64,000 nucleotides of DNA, from the NCBI RefSeq assembly GCF_000150275.1, contig NW_002060959.1, positions 680,371 to 744,370 of the forward strand. The letters run 5' to 3'. The stretch comes from Trichoplax adhaerens. Taxonomy: Eukaryota > Animalia > Placozoa. The position numbers and the translations under genes were made by a program. The number at the start of each line of letters is the position of its first letter. The first letter of the stretch is position 1. This document shows positions 51,569-64,000 of the stretch, piece after piece. A model generated the notes under the pieces. The model was not told the origin of the DNA. It did not search any database and saw only the letters and a program-made list of their open reading frames with translations.

Positions 51569-52698
51569 AAGAGTAGTGATTGTGTAACACGACACGTTAA
51601 GCAACTTCTGATTACGATTAAAGCAAAGAAATAATACTTGATGAAGAGATGGATCACTGATCGCCGAATTTGTCAACAGCAATGATCAAAGTTCTAGACA
51701 TAATTTAATATGGGTTAAACCATGCACTACTGGAAAGTAACTACGCTACAGTTACTGTGCTCACGGATGCGAACTATTGCTTAATCTTGCTCAATCATTC
51801 AGATTTTAAATAGTACTCTGCCTACTGTAATTTGGACTGACTGATTCCTGGACATATTCTAATTAAGCGCTGTCTACCTCCAAGATAGGAATGATTAACT
51901 AATGCAATCATTATGGCAATCTAAATTTGGACTGGCACTATTCATTAACGTTGACTTCATAAGCTCAGATTACAGCAGAGGGAGTACGGCTAAACTCCGG
52001 TTATTCCCGTAGTAATGTTACTAATGACCGACTTACAAGATTACAATATCCAATACTTAACTTCAGATAATTCCTTTCTATCCTTATCCATGGAGTCCAT
52101 AGACTACTAGATAAAGATCTACTTTAGTAGTTCATGTCTTATCATATAATGTTCATTCCTGATAGACATTTATAAAGTTGAGCGTTCCATGAAACATATA
52201 GTGATAGCCTGTGCTAAATGGTTGGCAGAAAAAATCATTTGAATTGTGCTCTACTCATTTTATAATTACAGTATAATTAGTAATATTAGCTTGTCACGAA
52301 GCAGCCTTTGTGATCAGACCAAAACTTTACTATCTACTCTAAGGTGATCTCCGTTGAACTCTCCGAGATCTGCAGTAGAGAAAACGACCTTATTCAAGCA
52401 TTTACTGTTAGGAAGAGATAAATGACAGCATTTACAGTGAAGGCTTTTATTAAACCAGATAACGAATTAGAACCGTGTACCTTACTACAGTATAATTGAA
52501 CTTCTATTTAAAAGAACGATAATCAGCTTTTTACTGATATAACTACTTTTCAAAATTTTTCAACCTAGCTTCATGACATATTGTAATATATATGCTATGA
52601 ATGGTTATTAAAATCAACATAAGAAGTCAACGGGCTTCCTGCCTCAATGCGAAAAACATCTTGTAACAATTCCAATTTGATTGCAACCTAACCTAAAA

Positions 52699-55229
52699 TT
52701 ACCACGGTATTGCATCTCCATGAATATTAACAAACTCTCCACTTTTATCCATTGTCAGCTGACTTATCAAGTCAATAATAGCTCTGGCGGATCGTTCCGG
52801 AGAGTGTGGAGCATTCGATCCTCCCATATCAGTTGCCATCCAACCAGGATGTATTGCTAAAGCGGCAATTTTTTTATCTTTCAAGTCAATACTTAAAGTT
52901 TTCGTAATCATATTTAGTGCGGCCTGTAAATAAGGTAGAAATATAATTACGTATGTTCGAATAAATTTAATTCTACAACGATAGCAACTAAAAATAGGAT
53001 ATTTATTCATGTATATAGTAATATAGGCTGTCTATGACTTAATAATACGAACTTTGCTACATTTATATGGATATCTATCCGGTAACGATGACGATTTAAT
53101 TAAGGATCCGGCTATAGAGCTAATATTTAAAATAGCACCGTTTACAGTATTGTCTTTGGGCTTTTCCAGTAGAGGAAGGAAAGCCTGTAACATGAAAGCA
53201 ATCGATATAAGAAATTGATAGTACGATAATTGCAGTCTCAGCTAAAGCAGTTAACGAGTTCAATTGGCTGTAGAATCTATATTTTGTAAACGGGTCGAAT
53301 AGTCATTTTTATTACCTTTACAATCATTAACGGAGCTACTGTATTGATTCGAAATGAATTTTCCATTATTTCAGGAGTAATATCGCGTAGATTTGATTTA
53401 TCAAGAATTGCAGCATTGTTGACCAGAACATCAAGTCCATCGTTCGATATCATCGATTCTACAGTGCTAAATGCACTTTGAATTTCTGTATCACTTGTAA
53501 CGTCTATTTCCATTGATTTAATAGTAATATTGAGCGATTAATTCAAATCGATTTCACGTCAATAAATGCAAAATTGTAAAGGCACTAGCCCTAGCTTTTA
53601 GGTAGCGTACTTACTCATCTCGATCAACTTCAAATTGGAATGCTTTGATGCTAATTTCTGTAAATCCTATATTATCGTTTATAATTAAACATTATTTGTA
53701 AATTGTAATAAGGTAACTAGAATATCTACTAATGAATTGAAATCCAATGCTACTCAACTGAAGACACATTAAGCAGCAATAATTAATTGATTAATATTAT
53801 AACAGATATCTAGTCTTACTATGTTCTATCAGTTTTACAGAAAACGATTTCCATCTTTATCTTTTAGTAAAACTGCCTTGAAAAAGTAATGCGATTTTAC
53901 ATGTTTGCTGAAGAGTACAAACCATTTCCAGATGCAAAAATAACATGAAAGCACGTATGCGTTGTCCCTTTATTTACTATATTTATATGAAGCATCCATT
54001 CTGCCAAAATAGATATCTAATGAAACTGAAAACTATTCAACTGGCACACTGAGGTTATAAACCATGATGATATTGCTTAAATGTAAAATATCCGTATTTT
54101 TCTTCAACCTAGCAAACCTACCTCATAGCTTGTTATGATGTAGAACTACACCTCCGCAATACTACTTTCTCAATTGCACAGATATCTTTGATCAACGCGT
54201 ACAACTTTAATTTAGCCATGCACTGTAGAGCTATAGCTACAATTACTTTCATATGTGTTGAATGGTCATTGAGCTATATATCATATTAAGTTAGGAGGAT
54301 TAACCATAACATTTAATACTCTACGTGTTTACAGTGATCAAAAATAAAAGGAATGATCGTGAATTGATTACTATTGTATTATACTTATCATAAAACAGAT
54401 ACAAAATATTTAATTCAATTAAAAGTGGCTGCTAATGAATTTGTCATGGAAAATCCAATATGGGTATGCTCTACTGTGATGGATTGAAGTTTCAAGTACC
54501 GATGATGAGCATTTCTTCGTCGCCTAATAGGGACATTATCGAATAAGGTTACTGTAGTGATTTCAGCTAATTACAGTAGTTTTATGTTGGCAATACAGTG
54601 ATAGTATGTCGTGTAGAACTGTACATCTTAATAAAGTAAGTGTTGATACAGCTACCATTCATCAGAGGATGCAGCAAGTGTAATTTCTGAAAGAAATCCC
54701 TTTAATGCTAGGTGACAGCCATTGCCGACGGCAGGATTATCTTATGGTGATAGATATTTTTTTTTATTACTCTAACCCAGTATCTTTATGAGAACACTTT
54801 ATATATCATAGCTGGGTCATGGCAACAGGAGATAAAGTTCGACTTGTAACTGATCCACTACGTTGTTCATTTAACTTGGCCGTAGTCTACTGCTATCGAG
54901 AACTGGAATACACTACGACTATCTCGTCAACAACAAGGTTAGTCAAGATTGTATCCTTTCTCTATCCAGTCGTTCGCTGTCAATGATGGCCTTCCAACTG
55001 TAGTATTCAATCGTAGCTCAAGTGGATTGCCTAAAACAATTCGACCTATACATCAATGATATCCATTGCAATGCTCACAAATTACCGTTGTTCTGCCAGC
55101 ATCTCGGTAGCAAGCGAAAACATGTTTGGGAGGATTACTGGATGCGAGTAACACCTCGATCAGTTTCAATCCCAAGCCACGATTTGCTCCTGTTACCAAT
55201 ATCGAATTGATATGGACTAATTGCGCCAT
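52699..55229 (-). CDS. CsgA/sniffer-like SDR, copy 2 (5 exons)
   Basis: Same exon structure as copy 1 with ATG at 55229; TGANRGLG, NNAA, YKCSK, IHPGWMATDMGG and IPW*. Introns and flanks align to copy 1. Confidence 0.92.
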
Positions 55230-55800
55230 AAGAGTAGTGATTGTCTAGCACGACACTTTAACCAATTTCTGATTACGATTAAAGCAAAGAAATAATATTG
55301 GATGAAGAAATGGATCACCGAATTTGTCAACAGCAACGATCAAAGTCGTCAACGCCATTCACTGGAACCTGGCGAGTTTCTACCATACCCTAGAGACCTT
55401 CAACCCACAAACTGATTCAGTATGCAATCAGCGACTACGCTCTCGGTAAGCCCTGAGCAGTCCCTGATGCTACCTGCAGACTCAGTATCAACTAGACCAG
55501 AACGTTGATTCCCATTTCAAACAGTACCCTGCTTTCAGTATCAGCTCGATATCCCAATTGGTTGCCCGGTTGGACAGACAGAACGATGGATGTATTCTTC
55601 TTCATTCCTATCTGACCAGCCTACCGATTGTTCGGTCATGCATAGGGATTGACCGAGTTAATGGCTAGTTATTCGGCCAGTTATAACTTCGATAATTGCC
55701 TCTAAATAAGTCAATGTAGCCAAAATTGCACTAATTGTATGACATACATTCATAAATGGTTATGTTAAAAATTATCCACGGATGTTCACTACTAGGATAC

Positions 55801-56990
55801 AGTCTATAATTATGGCCTACTAAATATAGCATAGGATAAATATCGAAAGATACTACCGTACATCATACTAAATATGGCTGATAGTCTACAATCAAAATAC
55901 TAAGTTACTTTACAATAACGTACGAGGTTAAATAAGGCGAACCAGAAGTAGTATTGGTGGTTCTAAAAAAATAACATTTAACTAAATTAAATTAAACTAC
56001 CAACAATTGAAGTCCAAATCAATAAATTAGGGAAAAAACACCACTTTATTATAACTTTAACAACAATCTTAGCAACACATTTTAAATAAATAGCAAAGTA
56101 CGGGAAGAACGACAGCCCAACCAACCAAACTATCAATTAGTGAGATAACGTACGATTATCCTAGATTTTTCTTGTCTTCTCTAACTTTAACTGCACTAAA
56201 TTACCGAATTACTCCACATTTCATATACTACGTCGAGCAGTTGATGGCATTAGACTATCCAACTATCGTTCTAAACTACTCCAAATTAAACTAGCAATCA
56301 AAGACACATGACAAGATAAATTATACCCTAGACTCCCCAAAATTACTAATACTAGGTATAGATGAGCTTGAACCTGTACCTTTTTGCAATATACACGAAG
56401 ACAAAATAACAATCCCACATCAAATATTTAGGTTCATACTGCATGAAATTACAAAGTAGCATTAATTTCTACTGTAATTAATGATCACAATTAGCACACA
56501 TATATTCTATTAACTAAATATATCGCTTAAGTTACAAAATCATAATATCTAATTCTTAAAAAAATTATGCTACGGATTATCGTAACATCTAACCCCAATA
56601 AAACAGTCGGGTTTACAATATACTAAGATACTTAGTAAAATCTACTATTATAATCAACCAAATGAGTCATACTTTTAAAGCTAACATTTTTATCACGATA
56701 AAAAAAACTAAGCTTGAATAATTTCAATGCAAGAACTTGAAGGAAAATTCTAAAAATTAACCTTCATTACTAGTAGCTCAACATCTTACTGTATATAGTC
56801 ATCTGTACTCTAGCATACTGTAGAGTCTATCCTTACTGTCTATAATTATGGGCTACTAAATACTGTATATCATAAGATAAATATAGAAGAGACACTACCG
56901 TACATCATACTAAACATGACTAATAGTCTACAATCACAATATTAAGTTACTTTACAATAACGTACGAGTTCAAATAAAGCGAACCAGAGA
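55801..56990. repeat. Pair of approximately 150-bp direct repeats about 1.04 kb apart
   Basis: 'gtctataattatgg.ctactaaata...ctaccgtacatcatactaaa...atagtctacaatca...taagttactttacaataacgtacgag...gcgaaccaga' at about 55802-55948 and 56838-56989. Confidence 0.85.
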
Positions 56991-57405
56991 CCTTCTTTAC
57001 TACAGTATATTGAGGTATTAGTAATCAAGCAAGCACGGGGTAGGAATATTAACAAATCAACAGAATAGATAGACCGGCACCGCTAAATAAAAAATACTAA
57101 GCCAATGGCCAAGGCACTCTAATAGACTCCTTTAAAAATTCAGAGTAACGAACATTGCGCCAATATTATGCCATACATAAATGATTACGTTTAAAATTGG
57201 CCAGTGAGAACAACTGCAAGAATAAGCTACCTTCTTGCATTAAATAGAATAGATAAAATATGTAGGATAAGTAACTCGTAACTTGAGTTAAATTTTTATA
57301 AGAATTCTATTTCTAAAATTGACGTAACGAATCAAATCCAACTTCCTTATATTAGTAGCATTCCTAAATTTCGATTGCATCGCATCTCTGGAAGCCGATA
57401 TAAAT

Positions 57406-58677
57406 CTACCACGGTATGGTCTTGCCATGGATATCAAAAAACCCTCCGTTTCTATCTATTGTTAGACTCTTTATCAGGTCAGTAATAGCTCTGGCTGATT
57501 CATCTGGGGTGCGTGGGGCATTCGGCCTACCCATATCCGTTGCCATCCAACCAGGATTTATTGCCATGGTAGCAACTTTGTATCTTTCTAAGTCAATACT
57601 TAAATTTTTCGTTACCATATTTAATGCAACCTGTAGATAGAGTAACAATGCCGCATATTTAAATAATTTTTTTCAATAGCAATTACACCTAGAAAACGAG
57701 AAGCATAAGATCATGATAAGAAATCATACAAACTTTGCTACATTTATACGGATATTTATCTGGTAACGTCGGTGGGTTTGTTAAAGATCCATTGCCACTG
57801 CTAACATTCACAATAACTCCATTGATAGAATTAACTGAAGATTTTTTCAGCAGAGGAAGAAATGACTATAATAAAAAAGGCGTCTTTTAAGGTCTTTAAT
57901 TTAATCCTAGACTAAAATATTAGTTAATTTCTTATCGCAATAAAAGTATTGTGGTAAACTTAACAAAATACTTTTACATTACCTTCACTATCATTAACGG
58001 AGCTACTGCATTTACTCGAAATAAATCTTCCATCATTTTAGAAGTAACATCGCTTAGATTTGATTTTTCGAAAATTGCGGCATTGTTTATTAGGACGTCT
58101 AGTCCATTACAATCATCTAGCATTATCGATTGCACCAAACTAAATGCATTTATTATATCCACGTCACTTGTAACATCTGTACGATATGGTTTCACAGTAA
58201 TATTTAAAGATCCATGTTAATTTAATCATTTTTAAGTCCAAACCTAATGAATATACTGTATAAAATTATAATATCATTATCCTTAACTATTGGCAATGAT
58301 ACTTACCCATCTTGATCAACTTCAAGTTCTGATGCTCTAAAGCTAATTTTCGTAGATTCTGCATGTGTTCATAAGAAAAAATAATGAGTAATAGTTATTA
58401 ATATTATCGGCCTTGGTACTATTAACTAAATGTAAAATCTGTAACTGTTAATCTGTGAGTGATTAACCATTCCTTAAGTTGATAGAAAGTCCATAAAATA
58501 AAGTTAAATTTATTATCGTTAAAATATAGACACCGTAATCTTATTGGCATCTCTGTAGCAGGCGAAAATGTATCGTGGAGGCTTAGCCGCTGTCAGTAAC
58601 ACTTCAACCAACTTCAATCCTAAGCCACGGTTTGTTCCAGTTACTAATATCGAATTGATTTGAAATGATTCAGCCAT
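57406..58677 (-). CDS. CsgA/sniffer-like SDR, copy 3 (5 exons, compact introns)
   Basis: MAESFQINSILVTGTNRGLGL, GLDVLINNAAI, VNVSSGNGSLTNPPTLPDKYPYKCSK, INPGWMATDMG and IPW*. Confidence 0.92.
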
Positions 58678-60528
58678 GAGATAAACGATAAGTTATCCTG
58701 ATATAGCCAAAGCTGTAAGCGGCTACTGACAGAGCATAAGCAAAGATATGGAACTTTGGGCTATTAGAAATCGATTGATGTATGATCGAATAAAGTCGCG
58801 TACGAGTATCTGGCATATAGACGTATGTATCCAGTATATTTTGTTCTTTTGGATGATCAATACTATAGCCGATATAACAAAGGCTATTCCTGAAAAGTCA
58901 GGGATCTCCAGGGAATTGCAAAAAATAGTAGAGAACGTTTTTCCTTCTAGAATCCCCTGACTGTTGCTATATGTCTACCTTTGGTCATCGTATAGAGCAA
59001 AATTGTAGACGGTTAGTAATATGGCGAAGATTATTCTACAAGAGTTCAGATTGAGTACAATTACTGCTGCATTGCCTACCTTCGACTATAGCATTCGCAA
59101 TTGTTTTTGGCAGCCCAGTAAGACCTTGCAGAAAATATAGCAGTAACTTAGTTACCTTGTAGTCGTTAGATCCAAGTAAACAACAAATCGACAGACAGTA
59201 ATCGTCAGTATTATTCCAAAAGGAATCCCCAGAGACGCTGCCCGCGGCTATTGTACCCGTAGTCATTTTAGATAATCCATTATAGCTACATATCTTATAT
59301 CTAAGGCAGTAACGCTTGTATCTAGTAGAGAATAAAACGGTAGACATTAACAAAAGTACTACGGCGAAGATAATCCGAACTCTTTAATAGCGGTTTAATT
59401 CATTATACCAACAGTATGCTAAATGTTATACAGTTACTGTGCTCAATGTCATATACTGTAGTTGTGCGCTATTTGTCAGATTTCAAACAGTACATCATTT
59501 TGGGTCCAAATCGAACTAACTGAACGATAGATTCATTCTTCATATTAAAGGTTAAATTAAACACTGTTCCTTTAATTTAATTTAACTTATACCTAGAAAT
59601 AACTCATTATTACAATTTTTATGGCATTCTGCCATTATAGGTTTACTAGTACACAACCTAAGACTCTTAAAATACTATATATATTGTGGATGTAGATTAA
59701 CATGTCCATGCCGTCGTAAAAGTCCTAACACCTGCATGCGTTAAACATTTCAAATGCATTAATAGGAGGGAGGAGGGATTATAAAATTGGTAGTAGCACT
59801 ATTTTAGTGCAGCCCAAAATACAGCTTGGATTATAATTATTATTTTTTAAAAGCTTATGTTAAGATTTCATGATATAAATAGATTGCGCTAAGTACGTCA
59901 ATAGTGTAACCATTATATTGTTAAGACGCTTATAATAAACGCGTGAATAATGAATAGCTCGCGCGATGATAAACTCTTATCTTGCGACTGAATAAGCACA
60001 ATATGATCGTAATGTGTAAAATTTATTATGTAACAAAGGGTAAACAAACCGCGAGCTTTTACTGTAAAGATAGTCCAGAGATAGTTCTTGGTAATTGTAA
60101 GACGAACCTAATCTATGTAATAGAGTGAATTTACTGGAAACCTAAGTTTGTTTTATTAATAAGAAGATCACTTTATCACAACTATTCATCGAGATTAACT
60201 TCATATGCTTAAATTACAGTATAGAGAGTACAGCTAAACTCCGGCTATTTCCGTTAGTAATGTTATTAATGACTAACTCACAAGATTACAATGTATTATG
60301 CAGCAATAACTGATTAATATTACTGTATCAAAGATACCTACCCTTAATACAGTATGTCCTATCATTCCTGAAAAACAGTTTGCTGTAGATCATAGTCTTG
60401 ATATTATTGATTGCTGTATCATCATTATCGAGTTTTAAAGATAGTAAATTAAAGCTAAGGCTGTATAAAGATGCAAGAACAGTTATAATAACTACAGTAG
60501 TTACCAAGATTGTAGGAGTTTTTGAACT

Positions 60529-60557
60529 CCCCCACCCGCCCCCGCCCCCCCCCCCCC
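60529..60557. repeat. C-rich run (G-tract on the minus strand)
   Basis: ccccccacccgcccccgccccccccccccc in otherwise AT-rich DNA. Confidence 0.8.
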
Positions 60558-61311
60558 AAAGCACTTGTATACATATTTCGTAGTTCTATTGAATAATCAT
60601 ATTTAACTACACAAGAATATATTGATCGGAATGATATGAGATAATAACAAATTGCTTCATTACCTGTAAGTATATTTCTGGTCTATTAATATTTTGTTAA
60701 TCCGAATGAAATATTATAAAATATTTGACTGAGCGATTGAATCTCCGACTAGAGCTCGAAAGAATAGCAACAAAATAAAATAGAATAGTCAGTATTGATG
60801 ACGCAGTCAACCATTTTAATAAATAACCTACTTACACCTGCAATATAAACAGCATACCGAACAGACCGAGTATATAATACGTGAATTTAAATATAGCGGA
60901 TCAGAGACTTTGCTTACTATGTTGAAGTATTAGCAATCAAGCGAGCAAAGAACTTCAACATATCAATAGAATTGATAGACAGGTACTGCTAAATAAACAA
61001 ATTACTTAGCAATGGCTAATGCACGCCAATAGCCTCCTTTAATATATCAGTATAACGAAAATTTCGTCAATTTTATAACCTGAATGGTTATGCATAACAA
61101 TTCTCCAATGATGTTTACTGCAAGAATGCATTATTTTCTGGCATTAAATAGAGCAAATAAAATGTGCTGGATAAATTATGATACACCACGTAATTTTAAT
61201 TAAGGTCTATAAAGATCTTAATACTAAAGATAGTAGGACTAATTAAAGCTCAACTTTATTAATCATATTGATAGTACCCCTAAATTCGTTGTATCCCATC
61301 CTGTAAGCCGA

Positions 61312-61450
61312 CTACCACGGTATGACTTCACCATCGATATCTAAATAACCTCCATTTCTATCCATTGTTAAACGCTTTACCAGGTCAATAATAGCTCTAG
61401 CTGATTTGTCTGGATTGCGTAAAGCATTTGGTCCTCCCATATTTGTTGCA
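61312..61450 (-). pseudogene. Truncated SDR fragment (3' part of the last exon only), copy 4
   Basis: Encodes ATNMGGPNALRNPDKSARAIIDLVKRLTMDRNGGYLDIDGEVIPW*. Homology stops abruptly before the PGW motif, and no upstream SDR exons are visible before copy 5. Confidence 0.85.
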
Positions 61451-61454
61451 ATTA

Positions 61455-62165
61455 GGCATTCACAAAAAAATTCTGCTAAGCTGAGAGCGTTATAATTCCA
61501 GCTGCTGTCCGAACAGCACTGTCCTTATGATATGGTGAGCAGTTATCATGGAAGTTGGTAGTGTAGCATACGAAATAGACAGTACAATGATTTATGCTGT
61601 AAATAAGTACTTGATACACTATACTGGTTAGAATTAAAGAAAATTGATCATAACTTCTCTACTTGGCTATTGAAATATTGGCCTGATATTTTCTATTTGA
61701 AAATTCCATATAGCTCTTCCACACTGTAATGTGCAATATACGGATAGTAACAGATGCAGTAAAGTATCCAATGGTTAGCTGTTGGTCTATTCTATATACC
61801 GAGCAATATGAATAGAATAGAATACTATGAAAATGTTCCAAATAAATGGCTTGTTCTCTCTCTTTTATTTCTCCTTACCGAAGTAATCATAAAACGATAT
61901 CATAGCAAGTCAAATTTGACCTCTTCTTAGGCAATGCAATTATTTCATTTACAATTTGTAATGCTGCCACTCAAAATTGAACAGCAAAGTTGATAAGTTG
62001 TGAACCAGTTTTAATTCACTTTCAATTCTGGCCAGTAATAGATAGTGCAGTGTATTTATTAAACCAGCTTCCATCCAAACTGCTCACCATACCATGTATG
62101 CTGTTAATCAGCAGCCGGTGCTTGCAACTATGATGCTCTCAGTGACATAACTGTAGAAGTTAATA
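61455..62165. mobile_element. Foldback/MITE-like element with long degenerate inverted arms
   Basis: Left-arm blocks ctgagagc, gctgctg..aacagca, tatggtgagcagtt...atggaag.tggt, tactggttagaatt and aaaattgatcataacttctctacttggctattg match in order the reverse complement of about 61975-62142. Ends and target-site duplication are not resolved. Confidence 0.7.
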
Positions 62166-63813
62166 CTGACCTGGCATCAAAGTTTTATTTCCAATTCGAG
62201 CATATTGCCGCTCTTTCTTATAGACAAGTATATTATCATTTTTTATTTTTGTCTCTGCTATCACGTAATGTATGAAATGATCATCAACCGATAAACATTA
62301 CTGTGTAAACTTATCTCGAAACCGATCAGACCTCTGCAAAATGCAGACTTATACATTACCGATGTATAATGAATTAATGTTGATGTGCATTTACTATAAA
62401 TTGACTGGCTTCTCAATAAAGTTTGGATCTAGTGTTGCGGGTACTGCTCCTCCTGACGATAGGAGATTGTCAGTATTTAGAGTCGTTCAGTAGGTAGGTG
62501 CTAGGGAGAACAAAGCTGACAGTAGGCGCGTGGTGCTGTGGTTTTCTGTAGTTGTTTAACTTTTCCTCGATAATAATTTCCATTTGTTATCGATAAAAAC
62601 AAGTGTACTATTTACACTGAACTTCCACATTTACAGTTACACACATAAAAGTAGTTTGTTCGTTGTTATTTCCTTTCTACTTTGATTCTACAGCTGGTAT
62701 ATACAAAAGCTTCATTTATTTTATGGTATATTATTTGCAATCAAGCAAGCAAAAAATTCCAACCTATCAACAGAATGCATAGATTCCCACAACGAATTGA
62801 ATAATACTTAACTTAACAATGGTTAAAGTACTTCCATGGGCTCCTTTCAAAAGATCCGTTGTAACGAAAATTACGTCAATTTGATGCCATACATAAATGA
62901 TTATGTTCAAATTATCCAGTGATACTACAAACATGCGTCAGCAAGTTATCAACCAATTAAGGTGCAATAAATTAATAGTTTATTACTCAAGTATATCATT
63001 CAGCCATCCACTTTTCATTCCAAAATAAGGGACATGAATGTTAATTCAAATTGGATGTTACTAAATATACTGGTACAATAATAAAAATATTTCGCAATAG
63101 TTACTATATTTAGTCTCTAACAGCCTCTACTATGTACTTGCTGTAATATTCTCTGCTATTAAAAAGAGTAAAACATACAGATTAAGTTGCCCAATTTTGG
63201 TAACATTAAATAAGCTACAGAACACTGCACTTCAATAACGTGCGAACATGAATTTTTTATGACTATCTATTTAGAGTATAATGTAACATTTACGAGAAAA
63301 TACAATCACTGTATCGAAATTGCCAATACTAGCAACTACTCAAAAATATCTATTTTTTGAGTAGTTCCTGCCAATGCTTGAGTATTAATCAAAATTTCTA
63401 CATCAAGCTGATTGCATGACTGAGTCATTGCGACAAAACCAAATCTATTGCGTATGCACATTTCTCGACATAGCTTTAGTCATACAATATGATGAGGCAA
63501 AGAAGAAGTAACCAGTAGCGAAAGATATCGGATACGAAATAATGATTACATACATTTTAGAAATACCAACAACTTTATGAGAGGATAAAAGAATGAACCC
63601 AAATGTACTTGGTTAATGGACCACATCCATTGCTATCGTTACCTATCAATATTCTCAAGACCTCAACCCTAATATAAATACGATAGGAATGTTTAGAATA
63701 TGTTTGTTAAAATTAATATGAGTAGTAAACAGGCTGCCAATCAAGCATGAACAGCATCAAGTCAGTAGATTGCTAATTCATCCACATACCATTTTGTAAG
63801 CCAAGATTAAAAA

Positions 63814-64000
63814 CTACCATGGTATTATATCACCATTGATTTCGTAAAATCCTCCACTTTTATCTATTGTTAACTGCTTTACTAAGTCAATAATAGCTCT
63901 AGCTGATTCTTCTGGAAGGCCTGGAGCATCTGATCCACCCATATCGGTTGCCATCCAACCAGGATTCACAGCCATGGTGGCAATGTTTTTACTTTTTAAG
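63814..64000 (-). CDS. CsgA/sniffer-like SDR, copy 5, last exon (gene continues beyond the window)
   Basis: LKSKNIATMAVNPGWMATDMGGSDAPGLPEESARAIIDLVKQLTIDKSGGFYEINGDIIPW*, open to the window edge. Confidence 0.85.
   Translation of the reverse strand, partial: LKSKNIATMAVNPGWMATDMGGSDAPGLPEESARAIIDLVKQLTIDKSGGFYEINGDIIPW

Noticed and set aside
56307-56459. Peptide KLLILGIDELEPVPFCNIHEDKITIPH, vaguely like a LINE C-terminal zinc knuckle
   Set aside because: Lacks a complete Cys/His pattern and no reverse-transcriptase motif is nearby; too weak to call.
59036-59353. 105-aa ORF between short 'ggcgaagat' direct repeats
   Set aside because: No recognisable motif or splice structure, and the repeats are too short to define an element.
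60328-60583. Poly-Gly and poly-Pro ORFs
   Set aside because: Both are translations of a single C-run on opposite strands.
1-64000. tRNA, rRNA, snRNA genes and U12-type introns
   Set aside because: No cloverleaf or rRNA-like tract seen by eye and no RTATCCTT donor at the junctions examined; a covariance-model scan would be needed to exclude small ncRNAs.

Overview
AT-rich, intron-dense eukaryotic genomic DNA. Gene content, short (about 70-200 nt) GT-AG introns and pervasive TACAG/CTGTA repeats suggest an early-branching animal, possibly a placozoan (inference, not verified). Reconstructable genes, in order: EXOC6/Sec15 (+, 5129-11107), RhoBTB (-, 12410-16190), an ALMS-motif centriolar protein (+, 20674-25355), an EVC/EVC2-family transmembrane coiled-coil protein (-, 26229-33428), MGAT2 (+, 37444-39566) and WDR54 (-, 40489-45699). 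From 48.8 kb to the window end lies a tandem array of CsgA/sniffer-like short-chain dehydrogenases: three intact copies, one truncated fragment and one copy running off the edge. Intergenic DNA holds several minisatellites, a 165-bp hAT-like MITE with an 8-bp target-site duplication and its own empty site, and a roughly 700-bp foldback element at the SDR truncation point. The most notable points are a block of cilium/centrosome-linked genes whose human homologues fall in one paralogon (three near each other on 2p13), a lone EVC-family gene, and a birth-and-death SDR array. No tRNA, rRNA or CRISPR array was seen. All homology calls come from recalled family sequences, not from database searches.
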